This document shows, one piece after another, positions 1-10,199 of a stretch of DNA of 64,000 nucleotides. The position numbers and the translations under genes were made by a program. The notes beneath the pieces are model-generated. The model was not told the DNA's origin. It did no database searches and saw nothing but the letters and a program-made list of their open reading frames with translations. Origin of the DNA: Planctomycetota bacterium (GTDB lineage: Bacteria; Planctomycetota; UBA8108; SXIK01); NCBI GenBank assembly GCA_965223265.1, contig OZ244999.1:6048001-6112000 (forward strand), given 5' to 3'. Position 1 is the stretch's first letter. Each line of letters starts with the position of its first letter.

Positions 1-123
1 GAGGAAATGACTTACGAAGACGTTTCTCGGGCAACCCGACTCCCCATCGGCACTGTACGGTCTCGCATTCACTATGCCAAGGGTGCACTGCGCCGCATTA
101 TTGAAAGGACTCGCGATGAGTAG
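1..123 (+). CDS. ECF sigma-70 factor, C-terminal region 4 (partial, runs off window)
   Basis: Frame 1 reads EEMTYEDVSRATRLPIGTVRSRIHYAKGALRR...*, the typical region 4.2 'PIGTVxSRI' HTH; stop TAG at 121-123. Confidence 0.85.
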   Translation, partial: EEMTYEDVSRATRLPIGTVRSRIHYAKGALRRIIERTRDE

Positions 124-556
124 CGATGAGCAAATGAGAAGAATCCTTCGCGACGGGTATGCTGAAAACATCAAGTCGCCAGACCCGCACGAACTCGCAA
201 AAAGTATCATCGCCCGAGATAGACGAAACATCAGATGGCTCACAATTCTAACGACGCTACTGTGGATTCTGTCTCCGACTGGGATCATCTTCAGAGCTTA
301 TTCTTTATTTCAACAGTATCTTGGAAACGTGATGCCGATGCCGAGCGGCATGGATCCTCCAATGAGGCAGTTGATTGACTCTATGTGGCGTCGTGTGCAG
401 ATCAGCGAGATCACTCTTCTTTTAGCAGCTCTCTCGACGATGCTCCTGATCTACGTTTCGCGACGGGCGACGCTGAGAAACGTTAATGCGAGCTTAATCA
501 TGATCTCGGATCAGTTGACGCAACTTAGGGAAACCCATACGCCGGAATCGAAGTGA
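116..556 (+). CDS. membrane protein, putative anti-sigma factor
   Basis: ATG at 116 overlaps the ECF stop, with AAGGA upstream; two hydrophobic segments (WLTILTTLLWIL; ITLLLAALSTMLLIYV). Confidence 0.6.
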   Translation: MSSDEQMRRILRDGYAENIKSPDPHELAKSIIARDRRNIRWLTILTTLLWILSPTGIIFRAYSLFQQYLGNVMPMPSGMDPPMRQLIDSMWRRVQISEITLLLAALSTMLLIYVSRRATLRNVNASLIMISDQLTQLRETHTPESK

Positions 557-650
557 GCCCCGCATCGACGAAATCTCGATCAAGCTCTCGGCCTCAACTG
601 CCGCGACGACACGATGCCGATGAGGAGGTTGGTCTTGTGTAGATCTGTCG

Positions 651-1565
651 GTGCTATCGAATCGAGGGATCGCCAGGAACAACCGCAGGTACGTGCGAGA
701 TCTGCTCGCGCACCCGAGCTCGTGGTACAATCTGAACGTCTGCACGCCCCCAAATGAGAAGTCAGGTCACGCTTTTGAGTTGAGGCCCGCGATGGGAGAA
801 ACCGCCCGGATCGAAGATGACCTTGTTCCTCCCGACAACCCGTCGGAGTCGCTCTGTTGGCGGGCTCAGTGCGCCTTGAACTGGTCCCACCTCGAGGAGG
901 CTCGCTCTCTGGGTCAGCAGGCGTTCGCACAACTCTCTGCGGACGGCTGCGATCGGAGCGACTCGGTTCATGCACTGCACCACCTACTCGGGCGTGTTGA
1001 CCTCAAGAGCGACGACGTAGCCGCGGCCAAAGAGCATCTGTCAGCGAGCGCACACGTGGAGCGGACGCCCATTCTCTCGTCCTTCGGACCTAGCATGGCG
1101 CTCGCCCATGCCCTTCTCGTTCTCGGCGAGCGCGATGCAGTGCTTAAATACCTCGACGCCTGTCGTCTGTTCTGGCAGCCTGGAACGTCTCTTCTCGATG
1201 GGTGGTCGCGCCAGGTTCGCGAGGGTGAGATTCCGGATTTCGGCTTCCACCTTCGAAACTCACCCTTCCACGGTCCTGCTTGTTGGGAAGTGCGCCGATC
1301 CGTCGAACCCCTCGGCCGCGCCTACCTCGAGACGCGAGAAGGCGCTTGGTTCGTCTGCTCGTTTGAGCGAGCAGCCAACGTCGCGGACCTGCCCGATCCA
1401 CTCCACTACAACTTTCGTGAAGTCCCCGCAGACACCTCGGAGCTTGAGGACGCCTATCAGCGCCTGCAAGAGCTTCAACTGACTCTTCACCCCGGGGACG
1501 GTGAGCAACCCGTAACCGATGCGGTGATTCAGATTGAAGGTGACAGCGCTTGCTTTCGCTACTGA
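651..1565 (+). CDS. hypothetical protein with a TPR-like helical segment
   Basis: 304-aa ORF; HHLLGRVDL...AKEHL...ALAHALL helical repeats; start uncertain. Confidence 0.5.
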   Translation: MLSNRGIARNNRRYVRDLLAHPSSWYNLNVCTPPNEKSGHAFELRPAMGETARIEDDLVPPDNPSESLCWRAQCALNWSHLEEARSLGQQAFAQLSADGCDRSDSVHALHHLLGRVDLKSDDVAAAKEHLSASAHVERTPILSSFGPSMALAHALLVLGERDAVLKYLDACRLFWQPGTSLLDGWSRQVREGEIPDFGFHLRNSPFHGPACWEVRRSVEPLGRAYLETREGAWFVCSFERAANVADLPDPLHYNFREVPADTSELEDAYQRLQELQLTLHPGDGEQPVTDAVIQIEGDSACFRY

Positions 1566-1605
1566 CGAGTCTAGATGTGACAGGGAGCGACGGCGACGGT
1601 AGGAG

Positions 1606-2292
1606 TTGACTCAGCAGGACAAAAACAAAGACAATCTCCGGTATATGAAACTCCTGATTGCAGTTGCGATTGTCAAAGCGCTGACAATTTCGGTAGCGCT
1701 CCGTGCAGACCTCGAGCAGGACGCGGTCGACAGCGCTAGTTTTCGAGTCGGTCGTAATGGGTTGCCGCTCTTGATCCCGGTGTACATCGGCAAGCATAAG
1801 AGAGAGTTCTTGCTTGATACCGGAACTTTCTTACACGTTTTCGACAAGCGGTTTCGCGACACACTGGGCGCTCCTGTACGTACGTCGGTCGTAAGCACTC
1901 CGGGCGGAGATGTTGCGACCGAAATGTTCACCAGTCCACCCATGCGCCTGGGAAAGTGGGACTTGCCCGGTGAAGAACTCGTCGCGGTTGCGGATCTATC
2001 GTCGTTTTATCAATACTTCGGGCGTGCGAACTTTGTCGCCACGATCGTTCGCGACATTGAAATCGATGATGGTGCCCAGCCGCGACGCGAGTTCGAACTG
2101 AGCGCGCGCCTCGGGAGTGAAGAGCGCAGGTTCACCGTGCCAGTGGCGCGCTTTCGCAGCCTCGACTGGGCGAGCGAGCACCTCGGAGCCAAGGCGATCA
2201 TCTATCCTGGCGAAGGCAAGCGCGATCACACGCGCTGCGCCGTGCAGACATTGAGTGAAGAGGTGGAAGCTGGAGCTCGAAAGCGCACTTGA
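1606..2292 (+). pseudogene. chimeric ORF: secreted retropepsin-like aspartyl protease N-part fused to the N-part of a DUF927-like protein
   Basis: Signal-like N-terminus and FLLDTG motif; from ~2025 the sequence switches to NFVATIVRDIEIDDG...REFEL...F..LDW..EHLGAKAIIYPG, resembling the region preceding DUF927 NTPases. Confidence 0.5.
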
Positions 2293-3712
2293 AAACTACT
2301 CGCTCCCCGGCCCGCCAAGTGGCGCGGAGTTGACCGCGTGCGTGCGCGCGAGCATCTCATTCCTCGACGTCGCACCGCGCCGCGTCACGCTGCCGCTCCT
2401 TGCGGCAACGTACCGGGCCGTTCTCGGCGACGTGCGCGTGAGCCTTCACCTCGCCGGGCAGAGCGGCGCGGGCAAGACGGAGCTGGCGGCAGTAGCGCAG
2501 CAACATTTCGGCGCCGCCATGGATGCGTCGAGCCTGCCGGGGAGCTGGTCGAGCACGGCGAACTCACTCGAGCGCGTCGCGTTCACGGCAAAGGACGCGC
2601 TCCTCGTCGTCGACGACTTTTGTCCGATCGGCAGTCATCAGGACATCACGCGGCTGCACGGCAGTGCGGACCGGCTCTTCAGAGCGCAGGGGAATCGCTC
2701 GGGCAGGCAGCGACTGCGCGCCGATGGTGAAGTCATTCGGGCGCGGCCGCCGCGCGGACTGATCGTCTCGACCGGTGAGGACATACCGCGCGGCGAGAGT
2801 CTCCGTGCGCGCATGGTCATCGTCGAGATCGGGCGAGGCGACGTTGACTGGAGGGCGCTCACAGAAGCCCAAGGCGCCGCGCGCAGCGGAGAGCTTGCTG
2901 GTTCGATGGCTGCGTTCATTTCCTGGCTCGCGCCGCAGCGAGACGAGATGCGAGACGTGCTCGAGCGAGAGGTCGTGCGGCTACGCGCCGAGCTGGCGGA
3001 GAGCCCGCGAGCGCACAAGCGATCGCTCGGCAACTTTGCGAGCCTCCTCGCCGGTTGGAACATCTTTCTTTGGTTCGCGGTCGGTGCCGATGCCATCGAC
3101 GGCAATGCTGCGACGAAGCTCGGGGACGAGGCGAAGAACGTCTTCCTGGAGCTCGGCCGCGAGCAGACCGAGCACGAGCGTGCAGAGGATGCGACGGAGC
3201 GCTTCTTCGCACTCCTCGGCGCGGCGATCGCCGCAGGCCAAGCGCACGTCGCCTCGGTCGACGGCACCCCACCGGACGACCCGCTCGCCTGGGGCTGGCG
3301 AAGCGCGGCCGGGGACGACCAGCGCGCACCGCTCTGGCAACCACAAGGCGATCGCATCGGTTGGCTGGGATCGGAGGGCGACCTGCTGCTCCAGCCAGAG
3401 GCGGCGTACTCCATGGTGCAAAAGCTCGCCACAACGGTTGGCGGCGCGGTCGGGGTCGGCCTGCGAACGCTCCAGCGCCGGCTGGAGGAGAGAGGGCTCC
3501 TCCGAAGGGTCGACGCCGGCCGCACCACGGTGCGGGTGACGCTGCAGGGGGTGAAGCGGCGGGTATTGTGTGTGGCGTGTGAGATGGTTGGTGGGGGGCG
3601 TGGTGGTGGCGACTACGACCGTGGCTCGCAACGCAGCGATGGTACGGAATTCAATGATCGAGTCCGCGACCCGAGAGTGGCACGTCATCGGGGGTCAGAG
3701 TATTCGTCGTGA
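2255..3712 (+). CDS. DUF927-like P-loop NTPase/helicase of an integrative element (probably N-truncated)
   Basis: Walker A GQSGAGKT, SWSSTANSLE, Walker B LLVVDD, STGED. Confidence 0.75.
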   Translation: MKRWKLELESALENYSLPGPPSGAELTACVRASISFLDVAPRRVTLPLLAATYRAVLGDVRVSLHLAGQSGAGKTELAAVAQQHFGAAMDASSLPGSWSSTANSLERVAFTAKDALLVVDDFCPIGSHQDITRLHGSADRLFRAQGNRSGRQRLRADGEVIRARPPRGLIVSTGEDIPRGESLRARMVIVEIGRGDVDWRALTEAQGAARSGELAGSMAAFISWLAPQRDEMRDVLEREVVRLRAELAESPRAHKRSLGNFASLLAGWNIFLWFAVGADAIDGNAATKLGDEAKNVFLELGREQTEHERAEDATERFFALLGAAIAAGQAHVASVDGTPPDDPLAWGWRSAAGDDQRAPLWQPQGDRIGWLGSEGDLLLQPEAAYSMVQKLATTVGGAVGVGLRTLQRRLEERGLLRRVDAGRTTVRVTLQGVKRRVLCVACEMVGGGRGGGDYDRGSQRSDGTEFNDRVRDPRVARHRGSEYSS

Positions 3713-3781
3713 TCGTGATGGCTGAGGATCACACAGCGAAACGCCGATCGATCGGTCTTGCTAGCCACAGCACACTGGAGA

Positions 3782-5113
3782 TCACTCCTCCGAGTCCCAC
3801 CTCGCCATTACGGAAAATCGAGAGAGACCGGGGGGAACTTGGATGGATACGGTGGTTGTTGAGAGTTGCAAGTCTCCAACGAGCGGAGAAGAGACGGCAA
3901 GGTGGGTCGGACCGTCATCGGAGAACATCTTCAGCTGGACCATCGCACCAATCGGAATGCCCTGCGCTTCGATCTCGATAGTCACTTCACCACTCTCATC
4001 TATCACTACATCGGGCTGCTGGAAGTCACCAATTGGGTTCATGGGAACCTCGGCCGACGAAACTCGAACAACGCGAATCGACCGGGGCGGTGTAAAAAGA
4101 AACCCAGGGATAGACGAGACCGATGGCAAGGGTTGCGAAGTCCCTCGGAAGTCGTTTTGAGATGTTTCGATTCGTATGCGACCAGCTGCTGGAAAGCCGG
4201 TCGAAGTAGCAGGGCCGATGGCGAGTAGGGATCCAGCCCCTAAGATCGTTGGTGCTCTCAGACGAATGCTTCCTCCACTCCCATGAAATCCTCTGCCCTG
4301 GGATGCACTATGCACGCCACCTTGTACATCGATCGTCCCATCTAGTGCTATCGATTCCGAGCTAGCGATCATAATTGCCCCACCCCCGGCTCCACCGCCG
4401 CTGGAGGTGTCCCCAGTTCCTCCCCCACTGCCCGAACCACCAAAGAGAGGGAGGAGGAAACGATTCCCGTAGGTAAAGCCGCCGATACGGGTGCCGTCCT
4501 CCGACAGATTCGGAGAGCCGTTGCCGGGCTCGCTATGGCCGCCACCACCAGCCGTGAATGTCGTGAAGGTATCAGGTGCACCTCCACCCGGCCCATATCC
4601 TGCCTCGCCCACCGGATTAAACGGCGAGCCGCCGATACCGCCGCTGTAACCGCCAGCGCCGGCAACGGCCGGGTGACGAGGAAGCTGCCCCGAACCGTGA
4701 CCTGGATCTCCGCCAAGATCCAACAACCCGTCAATGACAACCGGCCCTGTGACTAACCACACGACGGGTTTGGTGTTAAGTGGTATCTCCTTAAGCCTGA
4801 CCGTTACTCCCTCCCCAATTTGAATCTCGGTGAAGTGGTAGACCCCGTCTCCATCCTGATCGAGCACCGCCTTCCCATTGTTTCCGTCCGGATCAAACGT
4901 ACTCGGATCCATCGGGTCGAAAAGGTAGCCCTTCGGATCGGGACTCGGACTTGTTATGACGAGTCGTCCATCCGAACCGTCGGATTGGCTGTCGAAACTG
5001 GGAAAGTTTCTATCATCCACGACCTGAGCCTGGAACACGGATCCGAAAAAGAACATAGCGACGATGAACCCCAGGAGCAGACCAACCCTCTTTAGCTGTG
5101 ACGGGATCATCAT
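3782..5113 (-). CDS. secreted glycine-rich hypothetical protein
   Basis: Signal peptide (KRVGLLLGFIVAMFFFGSVFQA); GGSGSGGG/GGGAGGGAI/GSGGSIRL glycine motifs; starts right after the stop of the upstream large gene. Confidence 0.75.
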   Translation of the reverse strand: MMIPSQLKRVGLLLGFIVAMFFFGSVFQAQVVDDRNFPSFDSQSDGSDGRLVITSPSPDPKGYLFDPMDPSTFDPDGNNGKAVLDQDGDGVYHFTEIQIGEGVTVRLKEIPLNTKPVVWLVTGPVVIDGLLDLGGDPGHGSGQLPRHPAVAGAGGYSGGIGGSPFNPVGEAGYGPGGGAPDTFTTFTAGGGGHSEPGNGSPNLSEDGTRIGGFTYGNRFLLPLFGGSGSGGGTGDTSSGGGAGGGAIMIASSESIALDGTIDVQGGVHSASQGRGFHGSGGSIRLRAPTILGAGSLLAIGPATSTGFPAAGRIRIETSQNDFRGTSQPLPSVSSIPGFLFTPPRSIRVVRVSSAEVPMNPIGDFQQPDVVIDESGEVTIEIEAQGIPIGAMVQLKMFSDDGPTHLAVSSPLVGDLQLSTTTVSIQVPPGLSRFSVMARWDSEE

Positions 5114-5114
5114 G

Positions 5115-8100
5115 TTATTCGTTCTCCTCAGTGGCCATCGCAGGAGGACTCGCGAGGTTTTCCACACTGAAATTTGGACCGACTGCTATACCGACGCCTT
5201 TGGACGGGTCTGTCGCATTGAAAATCGTAAAGTTTTTCCCAACAGCTACCCCTACATTCAAACTCGGAGGAAGGCTTGCCGGATCGGTAGGGCTTGAGCC
5301 ATCGACAACCTCTTCTCCATCGTTGAAGTTGTCACCATCTGTATCAGGATTGAAGGGGTCGGTGCTTTCTCCAAACTCGGCGCCGTCTAGCAGGCCATCG
5401 TTGTCGAAATCATCATCGTTGATAGCGGTGCCAATGACGAACTCCTCGAAGTTGGTCAAGCCGTCTGCATCTTGATCCTCTTCCCCGTCAAGTAATCCGT
5501 CCCCATCCGAGTCCACGCTATTCGGATTCAATCCGTTAGCTGTTTCCACGTCGTCAGGGAGTCCGTCGCCATCGGAATCGGTCTGGGCGATCCGAACCGT
5601 AGTAAGGCCAGCATTCGTTAGGCCACCTGGTACGGCTTCGATTCCCGCTACGGAACCTGTCAGGACCGAGCCACCTTGATTGAGGCGAGCCACCAAGGAC
5701 AGTTCACGGTCCACGAAGGCGGCCACACCAGCAATCTCGAATGAGCCATCAAGCCCGGTAGTGCGTGAGATGGGTTGTCCCACGACGGACACCTGAGCCC
5801 CAAAGACCGGAGTCCCATCCTCCAACTGGACGGTTCCCGTCACGGTGGTCAGTTCTGTCCCCTCAGGAACTACGAGCATCCTCGTGATGGACGTAATGCC
5901 CTCAACGATGGCTGTCACATAGGCGATGCCGGGGCCGTTCGCCGTAAGAATTCCCGAGCGGTCGACGGTGGCGACCGTGGAATTGCTCGTCTGGTAGGTC
6001 ACGCACTCGTTTGAGTCGTGGAGGTTGACGTGGGATTGATCGGAGAGCGTTCCATCCAGGAGCATCTGGGTTTGCTGACTTGTCTCGTTGAGGACAGGTG
6101 TATCCGCACTGAGCGCCGTCTCTTCTACGATGACCGGCGGTGCTGGACTGATTGCTAGGGAGCGAATTATGTAGTTCACGTCCTGCTCGACTCGGAAGCA
6201 CTCGCTGGTGGCGTAGAGCGTTTCACCAAGGCTGCTGACGCCAGTTATACGAACAAACTCGTCGCTGAAACCGTCTGGATCAGTGTCCTGCCCATTCGAA
6301 CCGAAACGATCGACGACCGGAATGTTCCGAACGACGAAACCTCCGCTCTCGTCCGCAATGGTCGTCTGACCTCCAACAGCCATGAGGAAACCTCTGAATT
6401 GGGGTCTTGCCACGTCTTCGATCAGAGTCGCCAGACTTTCGTTCAATTCCATCGTTTCCTCGCCCTCGATCTCAGTGATCAAGCTTCGGAGCTCCGAATT
6501 GTCACGAAGTTCTTGGAGTTCCCGGTTGAGTTTGTCGAAAAGCGCATCGATTTCGCTCAGGTTGCCACCAGCGACAGCGGGAGCTACTGGTGAGCCGAGG
6601 TTTAGCGCATCCCGAATTGCTTCAATAGTGCCGCAGGCAACGAAACCTACTGCTGCCTTGACCGTGGCTTTATCAAAGACGTCCAATAGTCTGTTGGCGT
6701 GGTTAGTCAAGAGTTGAACAACCCGGAGTGCGAAGCCAAGGCCTCGTGGCAAGCAACCCGTGTCCGAGGCGATTTGAATCGCAGTCGATAGCCCGCTCAG
6801 CACCGCCTGCGCCACGTTTGCCGCTTGCTTCGCTTTGTTGGCGACGTTCTCAAGGCAGCCCACGCACGAAATCACCGCAGACTTGGCACTATTAATGCAA
6901 GACAAGATTTCGGCGACTTCTGCACTGGACAATCCGTCGGCTCGATTCGACTGAAGCGCTGCCTGACAGTCCGTAATGGTGCTCCACACGTCATCTATGC
7001 ACGCAAAGCAGTCTCGGAGGTTGGCCGCAATCTGCAAAGCGTTCGTCAGAACACCAAGCGCTGCTCTTGCGAGTTGCAAGAGATCGATTCGCTGGCAGTC
7101 GGAAGCTCCACCACTCGGCGGCGGGGGCGCAGGACAGCCCCCCCATCCTGCTTTGGTGATCCCCTGCCCCGAATCACTGACGATCAAGGCTCCGTCCTCT
7201 ATCACATGGCTCGTCGCCACGATCTCGAACTGATTCGTGTCGTGATCGAAGGACAGAAATGACCCGACCGCCCCCGGCTTCTCCCCCAGCATGTTCGGGA
7301 TCTCGATCGAAACCGGAGGATCAAAGTGTGCACCGGCCGGTTGAAGGGTCCAGGCGAACACCGGCTTCACTCCATTTGGCATCGGCATCGGGATATCGTC
7401 GAAGTGAACCTGGTTCAGAAAGATGGGCTCACCATCCGGGGCTACGATTCCATTAGCCAACCGCATCGACCCAGCCTTCACTGTCAGCTTGAGCCCTTCC
7501 ATTCCCTCGACTTCAAGCACCGTGTCTCTGGTCGCGCTGTAGGAACGACGGTTTGCAGGATTGAGAGGAGGAAGAAGAACAGGAGTCGGCAGAGAGTTCT
7601 CCGTGTTAGGAACCACGGTCACTTCATAGGCCAAGTCGGGGAAGCTCCCCGATTCCACGTCGTATCCGCCGTCTCCACCAACATGGTTGGCCAGCAGTCC
7701 GTTGACACTGAGGTGAGCCGCCCCAGAACCCATCACGTTCTCAAGGCGGAACTGGCCGTTCCTGGCCGAAATATCTTCTGCGGACTCTTCGCCCGGAATC
7801 TCCAGCGTGACGATCGCTCCCTCAATGGGCTGCATCGAGTTGTTCAAGACAACGCCGACAAACGTAGTGGGTGAGTCCGACTGCCTTGCTATCCCCGAGA
7901 GCACAAACGTCGCGGGCAATCGCTCGCTCCCCTCGATCGACGCTTCAACGACGTTGCTTCCCGGTTCCGTCCCGAGCGCGAAAATCGCTTCAGCGTGCCC
8001 AGTCGGCCCCGACACTACCGAGGTTGTTTGCTCGCCCGCAAAGCTACCGCCCCCAAGCGTGGCGGTGAACGTGACCTCGACTCCTGCCACGCCGTTCTTT

Positions 8101-9467
8101 CCATCATGCACCCAGACCCGGAGTGCCTCCGGGGTCACTGAGCCGACCTCGGCCTTCTGATTGTTCCCTGAGCCCACGCTGACTTGGATGGCTGGAGCGG
8201 CCGTGGCCGTGGCACAGAAGAAGACCGGAACCTGGACACCGTCCGCACTCACCTCAACCCGGTTGTTTCCACACCCGGCGTCCGATCCGAGCGTATAAAA
8301 GACGCTGGCTTGGCCCGTTGCATCGGTCGTTGCTTCGATCTGCCGTGTACCCTCTCCGTCCTGAGCCGTGGAGAGAATGCCCTCACTACGCTTGACCCGA
8401 AAAGTGACGCCTGAGTCGGCAATGGGCGTACCGTCTTCCTGGACAAGCCGGATCACCAGGGGATCGGCAAGCGTGCTTTGCACCTGGCCACTCTGATTGT
8501 TCCCCGAAACAATTTCCAACCGTGGCCCTGTCGCTTCGATCCGGATAACTGTGATGGTCTTGGTCGTTTCGTTGCCCACCTCGTCAGTCGCAATAACGGT
8601 GATTTCATTCACGCCACCATTGTCGAGCGTCAAAGGCACGTCCGCCCGCTCAAACGTCCCGTTGGTTCCGATGCCGATGTCCACGTTGGCAGCCTGGCCG
8701 TTGACGGTCACGTCGAGCCCCATGAATCCGCTCAGCATGTCGCTGACGCGTCCGACCACCGTCACCTCGGAAAACGGGAGCTGCGAGCCCTGTGCAGGGA
8801 AGTCGATGAAGACGGACGGAGCCTGCCCATCCTGCGTGACCTGCGCCGTCGCCGGGGCGCTTCTCACGCCGTCGAACGTCACCGCCGTCACGAACAGTCG
8901 ATTCAGTCGGTTCTCGTGAAGTGGTACAGTCAGAGAGTACGATCCATCCGCGGCGTCACCGCGAACGATCCGGTCTCCCGTCACCAGTTCGATCGACGTC
9001 CCCGGCTCTGCCGTACCTGAGACCTCGACGGCGTCGTCCCGCGTCACTCGCTCGAGCGGCAGAATCGTCGGCGACGGCGGCGGGACGGATGGGCACACGA
9101 CAAAGCGTACGCACTCCAGCTCGTCCGCGGTCGGATCGGTTCCGCACACCTGAAACGGCGCCGGAGGAGCGCCACCACTGGCGAACAGATACGAAAGTGA
9201 ATGAATCGGGTCGGAGATGTCGAGCTCGCCGTCGTCGTTTGAGTCTGCTGCGTCCCGGCACTCCGGCGCGGCCGAGCCAGCCACAAACAGAAAACTCAAC
9301 GTGAAGATCGGGTCACTGATGTCGAAATCTGCGTCGACATTCGAGTCGCCGCGCTTGAAGTTCGACTGCGCCCAAACCGGCTGCAAACAAGCGACGAACG
9401 ACCCAAGAGAGATCCACAAGGCGGCGTAACTCGCCGCCGACCATCGCGTACGTTCCATCGATTTCAT
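5115..9467 (-). CDS. large secreted protein: dockerin-like domain, Ig-like/carboxypeptidase-regulatory repeats, Ca-binding DxDxDG repeats
   Basis: Signal peptide ending VWA-Q; FKRGDSNVDADFDISD...DAADSNDDGELDISD dockerin-like pair; SGNNQ Big-type repeats; C-terminal DSDGDGL repeats. Confidence 0.8.
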   Translation of the reverse strand: MKSMERTRWSAASYAALWISLGSFVACLQPVWAQSNFKRGDSNVDADFDISDPIFTLSFLFVAGSAAPECRDAADSNDDGELDISDPIHSLSYLFASGGAPPAPFQVCGTDPTADELECVRFVVCPSVPPPSPTILPLERVTRDDAVEVSGTAEPGTSIELVTGDRIVRGDAADGSYSLTVPLHENRLNRLFVTAVTFDGVRSAPATAQVTQDGQAPSVFIDFPAQGSQLPFSEVTVVGRVSDMLSGFMGLDVTVNGQAANVDIGIGTNGTFERADVPLTLDNGGVNEITVIATDEVGNETTKTITVIRIEATGPRLEIVSGNNQSGQVQSTLADPLVIRLVQEDGTPIADSGVTFRVKRSEGILSTAQDGEGTRQIEATTDATGQASVFYTLGSDAGCGNNRVEVSADGVQVPVFFCATATAAPAIQVSVGSGNNQKAEVGSVTPEALRVWVHDGKNGVAGVEVTFTATLGGGSFAGEQTTSVVSGPTGHAEAIFALGTEPGSNVVEASIEGSERLPATFVLSGIARQSDSPTTFVGVVLNNSMQPIEGAIVTLEIPGEESAEDISARNGQFRLENVMGSGAAHLSVNGLLANHVGGDGGYDVESGSFPDLAYEVTVVPNTENSLPTPVLLPPLNPANRRSYSATRDTVLEVEGMEGLKLTVKAGSMRLANGIVAPDGEPIFLNQVHFDDIPMPMPNGVKPVFAWTLQPAGAHFDPPVSIEIPNMLGEKPGAVGSFLSFDHDTNQFEIVATSHVIEDGALIVSDSGQGITKAGWGGCPAPPPPSGGASDCQRIDLLQLARAALGVLTNALQIAANLRDCFACIDDVWSTITDCQAALQSNRADGLSSAEVAEILSCINSAKSAVISCVGCLENVANKAKQAANVAQAVLSGLSTAIQIASDTGCLPRGLGFALRVVQLLTNHANRLLDVFDKATVKAAVGFVACGTIEAIRDALNLGSPVAPAVAGGNLSEIDALFDKLNRELQELRDNSELRSLITEIEGEETMELNESLATLIEDVARPQFRGFLMAVGGQTTIADESGGFVVRNIPVVDRFGSNGQDTDPDGFSDEFVRITGVSSLGETLYATSECFRVEQDVNYIIRSLAISPAPPVIVEETALSADTPVLNETSQQTQMLLDGTLSDQSHVNLHDSNECVTYQTSNSTVATVDRSGILTANGPGIAYVTAIVEGITSITRMLVVPEGTELTTVTGTVQLEDGTPVFGAQVSVVGQPISRTTGLDGSFEIAGVAAFVDRELSLVARLNQGGSVLTGSVAGIEAVPGGLTNAGLTTVRIAQTDSDGDGLPDDVETANGLNPNSVDSDGDGLLDGEEDQDADGLTNFEEFVIGTAINDDDFDNDGLLDGAEFGESTDPFNPDTDGDNFNDGEEVVDGSSPTDPASLPPSLNVGVAVGKNFTIFNATDPSKGVGIAVGPNFSVENLASPPAMATEENE

Positions 9468-9617
9468 CCCACCCAAACCGAACGAAAAGAACCCGCGTAG
9501 AACGCGCTCCCACACACGCCCCGCAGTGGAGTAAGATGCTCCACTACCGAGTAAGGCGTAAGAACCGCTCCTCACCCTTAACAAAAAATCGAGAGATCGG
9601 CGGGGCAAGGTTGATCA

Positions 9618-10199
9618 ATGGCCGTCGACGACCATGATCTGGTCACACGCATACGACGTTCGCTGGCCCAACTCGCTTGGGCTGAGGGCTCTACACCGAC
9701 GAACGCCGTCTTCGAAGCGCTCTATAACGACCTGCGGCAACTCGCGCGTTCGATGCTTGCGGCAGAGTTTCGTCCAACGATCGACTCCTGCGAGCTCGTG
9801 CACGAAGTGTTCCTGCGCGTCAAAGGAAAATCCTCTGGACGCGGCCCAGAGGAACTTCTACGTTACGTGGCGCGGGCCATGCGGCACTTTCTCGTCGACC
9901 GCGCACGATACTGCAAGGCGCAAAAGCGTGAGCACATCGAAGAACGAACGGCACTCTCCGGAATCGGCGAGCGCCACGGCTACTCCGCTGACGAGCTCAT
10001 CGACCTGGATGCTGCGCTCACCACGCTGGGAGATGAGAACGAACGCCAGCTCTCGGTCGTCGAACTTCGCTTCTTCGCGGGACTGACCATGGAAGAAATC
10101 GCAAAGTGCCTCGACGTCTCACTCGGAACTATCGAGCGCGATAACCGCCTCGCCAAAGCGAAACTCTCGCGTCTCCTGGCCTCATACGATGCCGATTGA
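9618..10199 (+). CDS. ECF-type RNA polymerase sigma factor (kinase-associated type)
   Basis: LYNDLRQLA, ELVHEVFLR, ARAMRHFLVDRAR, VVELRFFAGLTMEEIA; overlaps the kinase gene. Confidence 0.9.
   Translation: MAVDDHDLVTRIRRSLAQLAWAEGSTPTNAVFEALYNDLRQLARSMLAAEFRPTIDSCELVHEVFLRVKGKSSGRGPEELLRYVARAMRHFLVDRARYCKAQKREHIEERTALSGIGERHGYSADELIDLDAALTTLGDENERQLSVVELRFFAGLTMEEIAKCLDVSLGTIERDNRLAKAKLSRLLASYDAD

Noticed and set aside
2338-3688. Many long overlapping ORFs on both strands (also over the transposases)
   Set aside because: Shadow ORFs typical of high-GC coding DNA; no motifs.
5300-5590. Repetitive DNA near the 3' end of the large secreted gene
   Set aside because: Explained by protein-level DxDxDG calcium-binding repeats.
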